From: Eledone cirrhosa | Lineage: Eukaryota | NCBI GenBank assembly: GCA_964016885.1 | Contig: OZ024755.1 | Coordinates: 32,426,001 to 32,490,000, forward strand | DNA: 64,000 nucleotides | Direction of reading: 5' to 3' | Part shown: positions 36,986 to 51,200 of the stretch, one piece after another | How the letters are laid out: the number at the start of each line of letters is the position of its first letter | Position numbering within the stretch: the stretch's first letter is position 1 | Position numbers and translations under genes: made by a program | The notes under the pieces: model-generated | The model's database searches: none | Seen by the model: the letters and a program-made list of their open reading frames with translations, nothing else | Told to the model about the DNA's origin: nothing

Positions 36986-38495
36986 TTCATATAGTTGTGC
37001 TCAAATTGGCTGAAATGAACCAGGCTATGATAAATCAATGAAAAAATATGATGAAATAGGTTGAATGATATAAAATATGTGATGAACAATGGATGGATAA
37101 ATAGAGAAACAATGGAAGAACAGATAGATAAATTGATGAGTAAACAAAATCTCTGTAGGGAGTTTCAGAGTAGAAGTTTTTATATAGAACTAGACCACCC
37201 GTGACCCATTGGGTCACGTTCACTTAAAATTATTTTAAAAAAATCATGTTCACTTTAAAATAATTTTTAAATAATCAAAGTATATACAGATATGTGTATT
37301 ATGTAAAATGAAATTTTCAATCTATTCTCTCGCAACCACTATCTCTTTATCTTTATCTTTCTCTCTCTCTATTTATGAAGGTAATCGGGAACCCCGAATC
37401 TCGGGAACCTGTACTCCGATTTACGTGAAACCTGTTTTCTTCCATTTGTATTCCCATTTCAGGGGCAGCTTCCTTTCAAAGTATTTTCCCATTATGCGCC
37501 GTTTTGGCTGTATTAAATTACAGACAAGCACACAATCACAGAGTTTTAGTAGTATATAGATATATATTGGAAATTCATTGCAGCATCTATGTTGTGTATA
37601 TGTGTGTGTGTGTGCATGTGTATGTGTGGGTGTGTGTGGGTGTGTGCGTGTGCGTGCATGTGCATGTGCGTGGGTGTGTGTCTGTGTATATAACTTTGTT
37701 ACAAAGTAAGGTGTTACATTATTAGATTTGAATAATTACTTGTGTAGCCAAATATGTAGTTTCAATTATTTCATGAGATCCACACACACACATACAAACA
37801 CTCACACATACACAACTGCATTTATAATAAAAACAACTAGAATTATCCAATCATCCATATATAATTTAAAGATTAGTTATATTTATTAGTTAAGAATTTA
37901 ATAACAGTTACCTGAGTTTTAAAATCCTCAGAATTTTTATTACATTCAAAGACATGAAATTCCAATAAACATAAAATGTAAATAGTTTTAACAACAACAA
38001 CACCAAAGACAACAACAACAACAAAAACACAAAGACAATGAAAAGAACAGCAAAAACAAATTTTGTTGCTCTTTAAAATATACCACTATTGCTGGAGTAG
38101 TAATAATTGTTTCTAGTTTTAGCACAAGGCCAGCAATTATTCCAGTGTATTACTGGTATTTTATGTTATCAACCCCATAAGTATGAAAGGCAAAGTTAAC
38201 ATCTGCGGGATTTGAACTCAGGACGTAAAGGGCCATAACTCTATGCTGCAAAGCATGGTGTCCGACCCTCTACCGATACTGCCAATCCACCAATTAATAA
38301 TTGTTTCTACTTTTGGCACAAGGCCAGCAATTATCCCAGTGCATTACTGGTACTCCCTGTATGTAAGTGTGTATGTGCATATGTGTATATGTGTGTAAGA
38401 TTGTTTCCCTATGTGTATATGTGTAAGTTTCTCTCCATATTTGTAAGTGTGTATGTGTATGTATGTGTGTGTGTAATATTTTTTCCCCTATATAT

Positions 38496-38832
38496 ATCAT
38501 CATCATCATTTTATGTCCGCTTTTCCCTGCTTGCAAGGGTGGGATAAGAACTGGTTCTGGCCTGATTTCTACAGCTGGATGCCCTTCCTAACACCAACCT
38601 CATTTACAGTGAGTGCTGGGTGCTTTTTTTGCCGTGGCACCTCCATGACCACTTTGCAGTGGAATGATATGGACCCCAGTCCCTATCATCTCATTTCTAC
38701 AGCTGAGTAAATTGGAGCAATGTGAAATAAAGTGTCTTGCTCAAGGAAACAACACATCACCCAGTCTGAGAATTGAACTCACAACATTTCGATTGCAAGG
38801 CCAATGCTCTAACCACTAAGACATGTGCCTCC
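38496..38832 (-). mobile_element. SINE family B inserted at the edge of a minisatellite
   Basis: Family motifs; degenerate minisatellite units on both sides. Confidence 0.85.
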
Positions 38833-38839
38833 ATCCATG

Positions 38840-40150
38840 TATATGTATGTGTGTAATATTGTCTCCCTATGTGTATGTATGTGTGTAATGTTATCTCCCT
38901 ATCTATATGTATGTGTGTAATATTGTCTCCCTATGTGTATGTATGTGTGTAATGTTATCTCCCTATTTATATGTATGTGTGTAATAGTGTCTCCCTATGT
39001 GTATGTATGTGTGTAATAGTGTCTCCCTATCTATATGTATGTGTGTAATATTGTCTCCCTATGTGTATGTATGTGCGTAATGTTATCTCCCTATGTGTAA
39101 GTATGTGTGTAATGTTATCTCCCTATCTATATGTATGTGTGTAATGTTATCTCCCTATGTGTATGTATGTGTGTAATGTTATCTCCCTATCTATATGTAT
39201 GTGTGTAATATTGTCTCCCTATCTATATGTATGTGTGTAATGTTATCTCCCTATCTATATGTATGTGTGTAATGTTATCTCCCTATGTGTAAGTATGTGT
39301 GTAATGTTATCTCCCTATCTATATGTATGTGTGTAATATTGTCTCCCTATGTGTATGTATGTGTGTAATATTGTCTCCTTATCTATATGTATGTGTTTAA
39401 TGTTATCTCCCTATGTGTATGTATGTGTGTAATATAATCTCCCTATCTATATGTATGTGTGTAATAGTGTCTCCCTATGTGTAAGTATGTGTGTAATGTT
39501 ATCTCCCTATCTATATGTATGTGTGTAATATTGTCTCCCTATGTGTATGTATGTGTGTAATATTGTCTCCCTATGTGTATGTATGTGTGTAATATTGTCT
39601 CCCTATGTGTATGTATGTGTGTAATGTTGTCTCCCTATGTGTATGTATGTGTGTAATGTTATCTCCCTATCTATATGTATGTGTGTAATATTGTCTCCCT
39701 ATGTGTATGTATGTGTGTAATATTGTCTCCCTATGTGTATATATGTGTGTAATGCTATCTCCCTATGTATAAATGTGTGTATACATGTGTAATACTGTCT
39801 CCCTATGTGTAAATGTGTGTGTATGTGTATGTGTGTAATACAGTGTGTGTATGTGTGTAATACAGTGTGTTTATGTATACATATGTAATATAGTGTGTGT
39901 ATGTATACATGTGTAATACAGTGCGTGTATGTATACATATGTAATACAGTGTGTATGTGTGTAATACAGTGTGTGTATGTGTGTAATACAGTGTGTGTAT
40001 GTGTGTAATACAGTGTGTATGTGTGTAATACAGTGTGTGTATGTGTAAACATGTGTAACACAGTGTGTGTATGTGTGTAATACAGTGTGTATGTGTGTAA
40101 TGCAGTGTGTGTATGTGTAAACATGTGTAACACAGTGTGTGTATGTGTAA
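38840..40150. repeat. 32-bp minisatellite grading into a ~20-22 bp unit
   Basis: ATGTGTGTAATATTGTCTCCCTATGTGTATGT, then GTGTGTAATACAGTGTGTGTAT. Confidence 0.9.
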
Positions 40151-40279
40151 ATATGTTTGTCATGTCATCCATGTCGACATGAATACAAGTTGACAGAATA
40201 TTTGGAGGGAAACTGTTAGGTTTCTCAAATGTGATTGGAGAGACTTTCATGCAACTTGCCATTCTCTCTATAAAGATAT

Positions 40280-41010
40280 ACTGTGTTGGGCTGTGTTGGT
40301 GTGTGTTGGTGTGTGTTGGTGTGTGTTGGAGGTGTGTTGGTGTGTGTTGGAGGTGTGTTGGTGTGTGTTGGGGTGTGTTGGGGTGTGTTAGTGTGTGTTT
40401 GTGTGTGTGTTGGTGTGTGTTGGTGTGTGTTGGGGTGTTGGGGTGTGTTGGTGTGTGTTAGGATGTGTTTGAGTGTCTATATGTGTGTGTATTGGTGTGT
40501 TTATATGTATTGGTGTGTTTATGTGTGTGTGTATTAGTGTGTTTGTATATTTATATGTCTGTGTGTGTGTTTGTGTATTTATATATGTGCTTATGTGTCT
40601 ATATGTTTATATATGTGCTTATGTGTTTATATGTTTATAAATGTGTTTATGTATCTATATGTTTATATATGTGTTTATGTGTGTATTTGTGTGTGCATGT
40701 TGGTGTGCGTGTATTTGTGTGTGTGTGTGCGTGTATTTGTGTGTGTGTGTTTATGTGTTTGTGTCCATTTGTTTGTGTGTCTGTATGTTTGTGTGTCTAT
40801 ATGTTTGTATTTGTGTGCCTGTATATGTGTGTGTGTGTGTCTATATGTGTGTGTGTCTATGTGTGTGTTTATTTGTGTATATGGGTCTATTACATTTGTA
40901 CATGTGTCTTCATATGTACATCTACCTGTACACACACTCACTCATACACACACATACACACTTACACACACACACACATGCATGCACGCATACACACACA
41001 CATGCGCGCA
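40280..41010. repeat. (GT)-rich low-complexity tract ending in (CA)n
   Basis: GGTGTGTGTT repeats and degenerate TG. Confidence 0.9.
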
Positions 41011-41219
41011 TGTGAGTTTACACTTATGTACGATTAAGAAGCCTTTAGGAATTACTTGCATGTAAATAATTCATCAAAGCAATTTATGTTAATGGAGAAC
41101 TGAAGTCAATCTACAGGCACATTCTTATTTATTCCACATCCTTGGATTCATTTCTGGAAGACGGTATGAATCAACTTCAATCTTAGATGTAAAACTATTC
41201 TCAAGGATGGTGAGATGTG

Positions 41220-41253
<34 letters not shown>

Positions 41254-41576
41254 TTTACGTCCGCTTTTCCCTGCTTGCAAGGGTGGGACGGGAACTGATT
41301 CTGGCTCGATTTCTACAGCTGGATGCCCTTCCTAACACCAACCTCATTTACAGTGAGTGCTGGGTGCTTTTTTGCCGTGGCACCTCCACGACCACTTTGC
41401 AGTGGAATGATAGAAACCCCAGTACCTATCATCTCATTTCTACAGCTGAGTAAACTGGAGCAATGTGAAATAAAGTGTCTTGCTCAAGGAAACAACACAT
41501 CACCTGATCTGAGAATTGAACTCACAACCTTTCGATTGCAAGGCCAATGCTCTAACCACTAAGCCATGTGCCTCCA
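41220..41576 (-). mobile_element. SINE family B
   Basis: Family motifs present. Confidence 0.85.
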
Positions 41577-43189
41577 TGCATGTAGATGAAATATATATTT
41601 TTTATATCTCATTTTACACAAAATAAGCATACAGACCATGTATAGAAAGGCTGTCTGCAAAATGATAGTTAGTAGCTAGTTCAGCAAGGAATTTAGTGTG
41701 AAGGTAGATGTTGTCCATCAGGGTTCTATTCACAGTCCCCTAATAGATTTTCTAATAATTTATAATAATTTATAATTCTTATAAATATTGAGATATTATT
41801 GGAAAAACATTGAAGAAAATATTAGAGGAGATTTTAAGTGATAGAGAAACAGAGGAATTAGGAAGAAATAAAAGAAAAATGTCTATAAAATCTCAAGTTA
41901 ATTCAACGCTTTAACATTTACATTAATCTCTATATATATACTTACACCTCTCTAAAACAATGTCACTGGACCGAGATCTTTGGCATGGGTTAGACGGGTT
42001 TGTCCCATTCAAGAGCAAGTTGGGTCGGGTGACTGTGTATTGCTCATATAGGACTGTTTCTGGCTGGTTTTCTACGGCTGGATGCCTTTCTAGTGCCAAC
42101 CGTATTGACAGTGAGTGCTGGGTGCTTTTTGCCGTGTCTTTTACATGTCCACTTTATAGTGTACATAATATATATTGTAAAGATTGCCTCAAAAAGTCCT
42201 GTATAACCCATGCCAGCATAGAAAAGTCAACATAAATAGGCTGCCGCTGCTGATGGTGAAGATAATATTGACTTCTATCAAATCAAGTAGGTGTTTAGCA
42301 ATTCTGCTTTTTAATTTATAAAATTCACATCTAAATATTCCTAAAGCAAGTTCTGAGTGTAATAAGAGATATAGAATGGATGAGTTTGTCTACTGTAAAT
42401 CATAAAAGCCCTCAGTTATGTAAAATTAGATAGATAAAAGTAATACAACTTGTCTAGAAGTTGAACACAATATCTATCTATAGCAGGTGTTAGATTAAAG
42501 ATGAGTAATCTAGAACTGTAATAATACAATGGCCATGTTCGGTGAAAGACAGGATATTGTGGAAGGAACTAAAGCCATGTGTCAAAAGTAATTAAACAGA
42601 GTGCTACTAAATACAATGGAAACTTAAAGGCTATCAATTGTAAGTGTGAAGTTAATTACACCATGGGATGTCAAGTCTGATTCCTCTCTGTATGATGATA
42701 TAATATATAGGAATTGCTGATAGCAGAGGTCAGCAAAATGAGAAAACTGTTCTGCTGATGTGAGAGGTAATTAAAGTTAACTTTGGTCTATTAGTGTTGG
42801 GTTTCACTTATGACAAAATTGTAGCTTCTCTATATTAAGAAATGATTTTTTGTCTCTGTTTAAAGTAAGGACAATTAATTTTCCATGATAAAGAACAGCA
42901 TAAGTCCATTTACATTTTTCACATATTTTATAGTCTAAATTATGCTGTATTTTTGTTCTCTATCTTAAAAAGTATATCAGTTTCAAGCAGAAATGATCTG
43001 ATTTAGTCTTTTTCCATAACCACTGCAGAATTGATCTTTTTGAGGCTGAAATTTTTTATACAAAATTTTGTCAAAATGACAAATTTTTGTTGCAAATTTC
43101 ATGAAAATGCTGAATTTTTCTTTGAATATTCAGGCAAAAAAAGGACATTGAAAATGAATGTTACTTTTTTTCTAACACAGTCACATCAA

Positions 43190-43419
43190 TTAACCCTTTA
43201 GCATTTACATTACTCTATATATACTATTGTATTTTCACAGCAAAATGCTTTATCTTACATAATTATCTCACATAATATCAAATCTATGAAATTTTGATAT
43301 TATTTACTTTGATAATAGTACCTTAACATCAGTATGAGTGGCCAGTTATGGCCAGTTTGAACAGAAAGAGGTAAGCGAATTCTGGCTGGATACGGCCGGT
43401 TTAAATGCTAAAGTGTTAA
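43190..43419. mobile_element. piggyBac-like MITE
   Basis: TTAA-CCCTTTAGCATTTA...TAAATGCTAAAGTG-TTAA. Confidence 0.85.
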
Positions 43420-43687
43420 ACTGAACCGAGTAATTGACTAGCATTTATTCTATCGTCTCTGATACATAGTTCAGCACCTTAATTACTTATCCCCCCTTTT
43501 TTTTTATTTAATAGAAAATATAACAAATATAAACCTTTGACTATGAGCAGGAGTTGAAACTAAATCCTTTTCAAAAAAATTAAAGTTAAGCATATTTTAA
43601 GATTTCTAAGTTTCATTCATTAACATTTAAGGTAGTATTTTTGCTTCCATTCTCTTTTCTTTTTAAACACAGCTCAATGCTGTAAAG

Positions 43688-44130
43688 CATGGTTTCCCAA
43701 ACTTTTTCAAACATGGAACCCTTTTTGGTTCAGAAACTTTTGGGGGAACCCCAAAATCTAATACTGTTATATGGTGGTAAATAAAATATACTCCTCTACT
43801 TTTTTCATACATCAATTGTCAAGTCAAGAGTATGCAAACTATATGACCATATAAAAAGATCAACTCGTGGTGTGAGTAGGTTATGCCTGGAAGGAAGGTT
43901 GGCTAGTAAGAGAAGCAGAGGCCAGCAGCCAAAACGATGGCTTGACAATGTCAACCTATGGACTGGTCTTGATCTTTGCTCTTTAAACTCTGCTGGTGGT
44001 GATCGAACTTTGTGGAGAGAGATATCACATGTTGATGCACAGTCTGTAACTGGCGGAATTTAGCATCACAAGAAGACTTTTTTAGGGAACCTCAGACATT
44101 CCTTTGCAGAACCCACTTTAAGAACCATTG
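43688..44130. mobile_element. hAT-like MITE carrying a nested LINE 3' fragment (about 43810-44075)
   Basis: 8-bp TSD CTGTAAAG/CAGTAAAG; an empty homolog is at 59542-59712. Confidence 0.8.
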
Positions 44131-45004
44131 CAGTAAAGTAACAAATTTTTTATTAATCTTGAATTGCTGATCACTTGTTTTGGGGAAACCCTTTCACATT
44201 GCTCTTTTGTAAAGATAATAAATATGGTGACAGGAATGATCCTGAGTGAAAACAACTTTCAAACTATCTATCAATAACTATTGCTTGTTCTATAACCAAC
44301 ATTAATACTACTATTTCAATGACATTTGGTCTTTATAATATAATCTCTATTTCAAGGTTATGTCAAATCCAGAATGTCTCTATTAAGCCTCCCACCACAT
44401 TATTTCTAATGCAAATAGATTGCCTGTATGTCAATGGTGTACTTTACTTCAGTGATTTGCCACAATTCAATTGGAGGATTAATCCACTTACTTTTTGCTC
44501 TCAATTGTCTAGAGAATATATGTGATTTATGTTGAGAGAAAGTACGCAAAACACAAGATGATAAATCATAGCTGTCTCATTAGATCAGAAACTGAAAACA
44601 AAAGTAAAAAGAGAGGGGAAACCATTACATGCTACTTGTTGAAAAATCTAGTAAAGTGTATGGCAGAGAAATTTGGCATAATCTGTAGAATGAAATAACA
44701 TCTCTTTTTTTTTATCATGAAAAACAAGACCTAGAAGCATTTTTCTTTGAGGAAGAATGACAGTTTGATGACTTACTGGACAGTAAAATATTTATAAATA
44801 TCTGTACATTTGATTATTGTTTATGCTTTTTATTTTTTAAAACAAGACTTTTTTTTTCTGTTAATCCTTTTGATACAAACTTGCTTAAAACTGGCTCTGG
44901 TTCTATGAAACAAAAGCTCCAATTTTTAAAAGATCTTTTTATTTAAATCAAAACCTTTCAACATAATTTTATATAAGAACTTTCTTTTATGTTATGCTAC
45001 AAAT

Positions 45005-45280
45005 ACTATCTTAATGCTTCTCTTCCACACACTATGCTTGGTCATCCACTCGTCTATGCTTGGTCATCCACACACATTGACATTGCACATCCATCGGAGC
45101 ATGCTTGCTTCATTTCTCTCCAGCCATCACATATCCTCTGCAGTTGCTGCCCATGTCCCACTACCATGCAGTATTGAGCATCTCACCAGCCTTTTGTTTG
45201 TAGGAAGAAACCCTTCTTTGTCAGCAGAAGAAGCAGCTCCCTAAACTTCTTCCAACCCGTCCTTATTCTAGATACTATGG
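45005..45280 (-). pseudogene. RTE ORF fragment
   Basis: RIRTGWKKFRELL and SMLRWMCNV motifs on the minus strand. Confidence 0.65.
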
Positions 45281-46215
45281 CCTATAAATATATATAATTA
45301 GAGAGAGAGAGATAGTAACTGCTTAATTTTCTTTAATCACTCATTCTTTCTATTTCCGGAATATATTATATTACATACACTCATGAGCCCTTACCTCCTG
45401 ATTGAGTCGTAGGGGTGGTGAAATTAATGTTTTTGGCAGAGCCCATCCCTCTTCGAGAGAATGAGTAGAAGTAAGAGGTATAGAAGACAAATCAACCCCC
45501 AGTACTAGACTGGTACTTATTTTATCAACCTCAAAAGGTGTGGTAAGACTCTTCCTTTGTATTTATTATCATCATCATCGTTTTATGTCCATTCTTCAAT
45601 GCTAGCATGGGTTAGACGAGTTGTTCTGTTGTGGGAAATGCTAGGTCAGGTGACCATGTCTTGCTCATACAGAACTGATTTTGGCTCGGTTTCTACAGCT
45701 GGATTCCCTTCCTAACGCCAACCTCATTTACAGGTACAAATTATTTTTGCCAGCTGAGTGAACTAGAGCAGCATGAAATAAGTGTCTTGCACAAATACAC
45801 AACACAACACTGGAGATCAAACTCATAACCTTACGATTGGGAGTGAACACCTGGACCACTAAGCCATACACCTTCTCCATGGTAGTGATAAAAATACACA
45901 ACCTAATATAATGATTGGCAAGCTGGAAAGTAATATTTGTGACATTCATAGAATTGGTGGAGAGAGGTAGGTAGGATTGAACTAAGAAACTGTATATACA
46001 AAACACTGGCATAAAATAGGAATAATTATGAAACAAAAGAAATTTTAACTTAGCCAGAAAAAATCACTTCTGAGGACACTGGGTATAAAGGAACAAAACC
46101 ATTGAAGAGAAGCAATAAAAATAAGCTTTAATTGATCTGACCTTTTAACAGGAGTCTACCTGTTTAATATTTTCAGATGAATCCATAAACTATAACTTGA
46201 TGAAATAATTAGGAA

Positions 46216-46256
46216 ACTTACCTGAAATAGAAATGAAATGAAACAACATTAGGAGT
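46216..46256 (-). promoter_or_regulatory. Candidate recursive splice site (3'SS abutting 5'SS)
   Basis: TCCTAAT-GTTGTTTCATTTCATTTCTATTTCAG|GTAAGT. Confidence 0.55.
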
Positions 46257-47442
46257 CAGGTTTAAACAGAGACAAGCAAAAGTTAATTTACATAAAACAT
46301 TATCAGCAAAAATATTTTCAATGAAAATTTATAAATAGAATATAGTCTGTTAGAACATTATCAGTAAAAATAATATTTAAAAAAAAAATAGAAATAATGG
46401 TAAAATCTATTTTTGTTCTACCATTTTGGTGAGTGTGTTTCTGAAAAACAAAATTGGGAAATATTTTACTTAAAATGACAATATGAGTTCAGGAAAAATA
46501 GCTAATATTTATTAAGATGAAATTTTAGAATAAATTGAGTTTGCTGGCCAACAGACAATTAACAAAGTGAACTTTTTCTGGAGACATTTTGTGGTATTGG
46601 AAGTTATAAATATTGAATTCAAGATGAACGGTAGATTGTTTTTGTGAATAATGCCTGGTTCTTTGTGACAAAAACTAATTTCTTTTTGAAATAAATCAAC
46701 ATAATTTGATTTAAAAGTCTGCAGAAATGCATTTAAAAATAAATGAATTTTAGAGATGAGTGTTTTAAGTATACTTCAGGTGTGTATGATCTATTAGTAA
46801 ACATAGAAAAAGAAAAAAAAAATGAATTCACTTGAAAAAAGACAGGCAGAACTTTAGTGGGCTAATTCATAAACAGTAAAAAAATTAAAAGCTATTAGTT
46901 TTGAATTTAAAAGAAAATTGTTTCAAATCCCTTTGGGGTGTATTTTCAGAAAATAAAATACAATTTATCATTTAAACTCCTATTTTACACTAAAGTTTGT
47001 TTTTACAAGTTAACTTTGATTTTGATTTTTTGTTATTTAAAAAAAGTAAATAGTAAATCAGACATAGCAAAACACTGACTAGGAAATACATGATTTTAAC
47101 TTAAAATTATATGCATATTCAGAGGAATATTTTAACATGCCAATGGATTATTTAACATTTGAATTAAATTTCAGTGATTGAATCTTTTACTTGGTCATGT
47201 AGGTGACATGATAAAAGGCACCCAGTACACACTGTAGATGTGGTTGGCAGTAGGAAAGGCACCCAGCTGTAGAAACCAAGCCAAAATCTGCACTGGGTGA
47301 GCTAAACACGGTCCTCTGACCTGTTTTTCTCCCTAAGGGTCAATATGTCCTACCCATGAAGCTGGACATTAAACAATGAGGATGATGACATATATATGTG
47401 TATGTATATGTATGATATGTGTATATGTATGTATATATATGT

Positions 47443-47866
47443 GGTTTCTGATTTAGGCACAAGGCCAACAATTTGGGGGGGAGGGGAAAGTTAATTAAAT
47501 CAACCCCAGTACGTTACCGTTGCTTTATTTTATTGACCCCATAAGGATGAAAGACAAAGTTAACCTTGGCAGGATTTGAACTCAGAACGTAAAGGGCCTT
47601 AACTCTATGCCGCAAAGCATGATGTCCAATGCTCTACCGATAGTGCCAATCTACCACACTTTCTGTAATATAATAATTATTTCTACTTTTGGCACAAGGC
47701 CAGCAATTATCCCAATGCATTACTGGTACTTTATTTTATCGACCCAGTAAGGATGAAAGACAAAGTTAACCCTGGCAGGATTTGAACTCATAACGTAAAG
47801 GGCCGTAACTCTATGCTGCAAAGCATGATGTCCGACGCTCTACTGATACTGGCAATTCACCGCCCT
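47443..47866 (-). mobile_element. Two SINE-A copies
   Basis: Family motifs present. Confidence 0.8.
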
Positions 47867-49359
47867 TTAATAATATAGAACCAACACACCAGGTGGACTT
47901 GGTGTATAAAAATAAAGGGCCATGTATAAATATAGAGGAAAGGAGAAATAATTTGAGTATGGTCTGATGAATGTGAAAAGTTAACTAATAGGGAGGCTTG
48001 ACTACATGTGAATAAAAACAACAATTAAGTATAAAAAATATTCAATAATGAATGCAATAACTGTGACTACTGGTATGGAGAAGTTATGTTTATTATCAAT
48101 ATAGTAAATAGAATTTTGTCACGGGTTGATATGTCCAGTAAAATATAAAATGGAAAACAAGGCAAATTCTGTTTCCTTTATATCAGTTTTACTTATAAAG
48201 GGAGAAGTTACCGATAAATTCAGAATTCTTCCATTAGTAGAAGCAAACAATTGCAAAGGTTTATATTTGTCTTTTATCATAACAACAAAACTATGATGTA
48301 TAAAGCAGCTTGCATGCAGACACACACTTTTAATATTGCAGCATTTGTCATGGATGCAAGACGGCAAACCATATTCAAAGAAATAATCTTCCTAGTTTCC
48401 ATAAAAGCCTATAAAAGGTTCATGTTTATATGAAAGTTTAACAAACTAAACAATCATAAGTATGTATACATACATATTTATGAATATAAACACATAATAC
48501 ATTAAATACATTAGACTGTCTGTATACATATACAGCTTTTATCTCGATATAAGGCATTAAACTAGATTGATAGACAAACATAAAGATTGATAAGTGAGTT
48601 GGTAGAGGAATAGATTGGCTGATACACTGACAGATAACTTGGATAGTGTATTAATTCATATTAGTGTCGGGTGAGTCATCATCATCACTGTTTAACATCA
48701 ATGTTCACGCTAGCATGGGTTAGACGAGTTGTCCTGTTGTGATCAATGCCAGGTCAGGTGACAACGTCTTGCTCAAGCAGAACTGATTCTGGCTTGGTTT
48801 CTACAGCTGGATTCCCTTCCTAATGCCAACCTCATTTACAGCCCTATTTTCAAATAACAATCCTACCAACACCACCCCTTTCTCTATAAAGTTATGTTGG
48901 TACCACAACATCCAGTCCAAACTAAAGAGGTCATGTAAGTGTCACGACAAAAAAAAACAAACACACACACAGTCCACGCTGTAATGTGGTCGTGTAGGTA
49001 ACATGGTAAAAAGGCTCCCAGTCCACACTGTAAATGTGGCTGGTGTTAGGAAGGGCATCCAACCGTAGAAAACCTGCCAGACAGTCCTTTACAAGCGAGA
49101 CATGGTCACCCAATCAATCTTGCCTCAAGTGGGACAATTCCCATCTAACCCATGCTAGCATGGAAAATAGACGTTAAACAATGATGATGATGATGATGAT
49201 GAGTGTAAAAGTCTCTTCAAGAAAAGTGAAAACATGTGGCTTTATTGTTAGGGTTCATTGCTCATGAGTAAAAGCTCGTGAGCTTGATTTCCAGAGATAT
49301 GTCGTGTTCTTCAGCAAGACACTTTATTTCATGTGGCTTCAGTCCACTCAACTGGCAAA

Positions 49360-49547
49360 AATTGTTTCTACTTTAGGCACAAGGCCAGCAATTACCCAGT
49401 GCATTACTGGTACTTTATTTTATCGACCCCGTAAGGATGAAAGGCAAAGTCAACCTCGGCGGGATTTGAACTCAGATCGTAAAGGGACGTAACTATGCTG
49501 GAAAGCATGGCGTCCGACCCTCTACCGATACTGCCAATCCACCGCCC
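49360..49547 (-). mobile_element. SINE-A nested in an older CORE-like SINE
   Basis: TSD AACTGGCAAAAAT on both sides. Confidence 0.85.
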
Positions 49548-50469
49548 AACTGGCAAAAATGAAATGTAATTGTTATTCAAAGGGTCAATCGTGTCACATG
49601 GTGTCACGCTAAATCTTGTCGAGAACTGCATATCTGTGGAATGTTCAGTCCCTTACATGTGAATTTCACACAAACAGGATGTTCTGTTAATCAAATTACC
49701 TGAAACACTCATAGTAAGAACTGGTGGAGGTCCAACAGCACACAAGGAAATAGCAAAAACATCTCTAAGGGAGGAAAAATATGGAAGTTTATAGCTTTTA
49801 CCGAAGCTTTCCATTTACAAAGAGTGACCAATAATCAATATTTATATTCTACAGTGTTTAGTGGAATGGCTGTTTCCTGAAAACCAGTTTGGCAATGGCA
49901 AAACAAGAAAAACAACTGTTCACCTCTTTTAAGTATTCCATTCACAAGAAATGGTGAGCCTATCATATGTGAAATCTCTTACATACTTAATGGCTATAGT
50001 TAGCTCTGAACAACTGTGGTAGGAATTTAACAATCAGAAATAGAAGAAAACTTTTACTTAGAATTGATTTCATTTCATCATCATACCACCACCACACCAC
50101 CACCATCATCATACCACGACCACGACCACCACCACCACCACCATCATACCACCACCACCACCATCACCATTGTTATCCTTATACCATCATCACCACCATC
50201 ACCTTACCACCACCACCATCATCATCGTTATCCCCATACCATCATCACCACCATCACCTTACCATCAGTACCACCACTATCATCATAATACCACCATACC
50301 ACCACCACCACTACCACCACCACCACCACCACCATCATCATTGTTATGCATATTGAGGACTCATTCTTTGGCATTTACAATTTCTCAGATAACTATATAT
50401 ATATATATATATATTGACGCGCGCGCATACACACAGACAGACACAGACATACACATATCATCACCATCG

Positions 50470-50925
50470 TCGTCACCGCTTTACATTCATTCTTCCATGC
50501 TAGCATGGGTTAGACGGGTTGTCCTGTTGAAGGCAATGCCAGGTCGGCTGACCATGACTTGCTCATACGTGAACTGATTCTGGCTTGATTTCTACAGCTG
50601 GAAGCCCTTCCTAACACCAACCTCATTTACAGTGAGTGCTGGGAGCTTTTTGTCATGACACCTACACAACCACTTTACAGTGGGAGGGGATGGGGACATA
50701 CTGTCTATATGCTTCAGTTTCAGCTTGTACCCGTGGGACACTCGGGTCTTCTGTATTATTGCGTAACGCCAGAGGTCTCAGTCCTGTGTCATTGTCTTTG
50801 AGAGTTGCAATTGGGCAAGGTCAGCTTTTATCACCTCATCCCAGGTCTTCTTGGGTCCCCCCGCTACAAGGCTTCCATTGACTTTGAGCACTCTGCACCT
50901 TTTTATGCAGCTGTCATCCTTCATG
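50470..50925 (-). mobile_element. RTE LINE 3' end
   Basis: MKDDSCIKRCRVLKVNG...PKKTWDEVIKADL. Confidence 0.85.
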
Positions 50926-51200
50926 GTGGAGGCACGTGGCCTAGTGGTAAAGGTGTTGGACTTATGATCATAATGTTGTGGGTCAAATCCTAGGCTGGCT
51001 TGTGTGTTCTTGAGCAAAACACTTCATTTCACGTTGCTCCAGTATACTCAGCTGTAAATGATTACCAGCAATAGCTGGAGGTTTAACCCTGCGATGGACT
51101 GGTGTCCTGTCCAGGGGGGAGTCTTGTGCTCTCAGTCGCTTCACGCCATGAAACCGGGATAAGCACCGGCCAAATGAGCCTTCTGGCTTAAGACAGACGT
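50926..51200 (+). mobile_element. tRNA-derived CORE-like SINE, third tail type
   Basis: TGGCCTAGTGG head, CTTGAGCAAAACACTT, AACCCTGCGATGGACTGG...GAAACCGGGATAAGC. Confidence 0.75.

Noticed and set aside
37900-37925. Second AG|GT recursive site (also near 49695)
   Set aside because: Weak pyrimidine tract and non-consensus donor
39699-41065. HT/VC-rich ORFs
   Set aside because: Translations of TG/CA simple repeats
47960-47985. CTGATGA-ATGT-GAAA
   Set aside because: No stem II or stem I pairing
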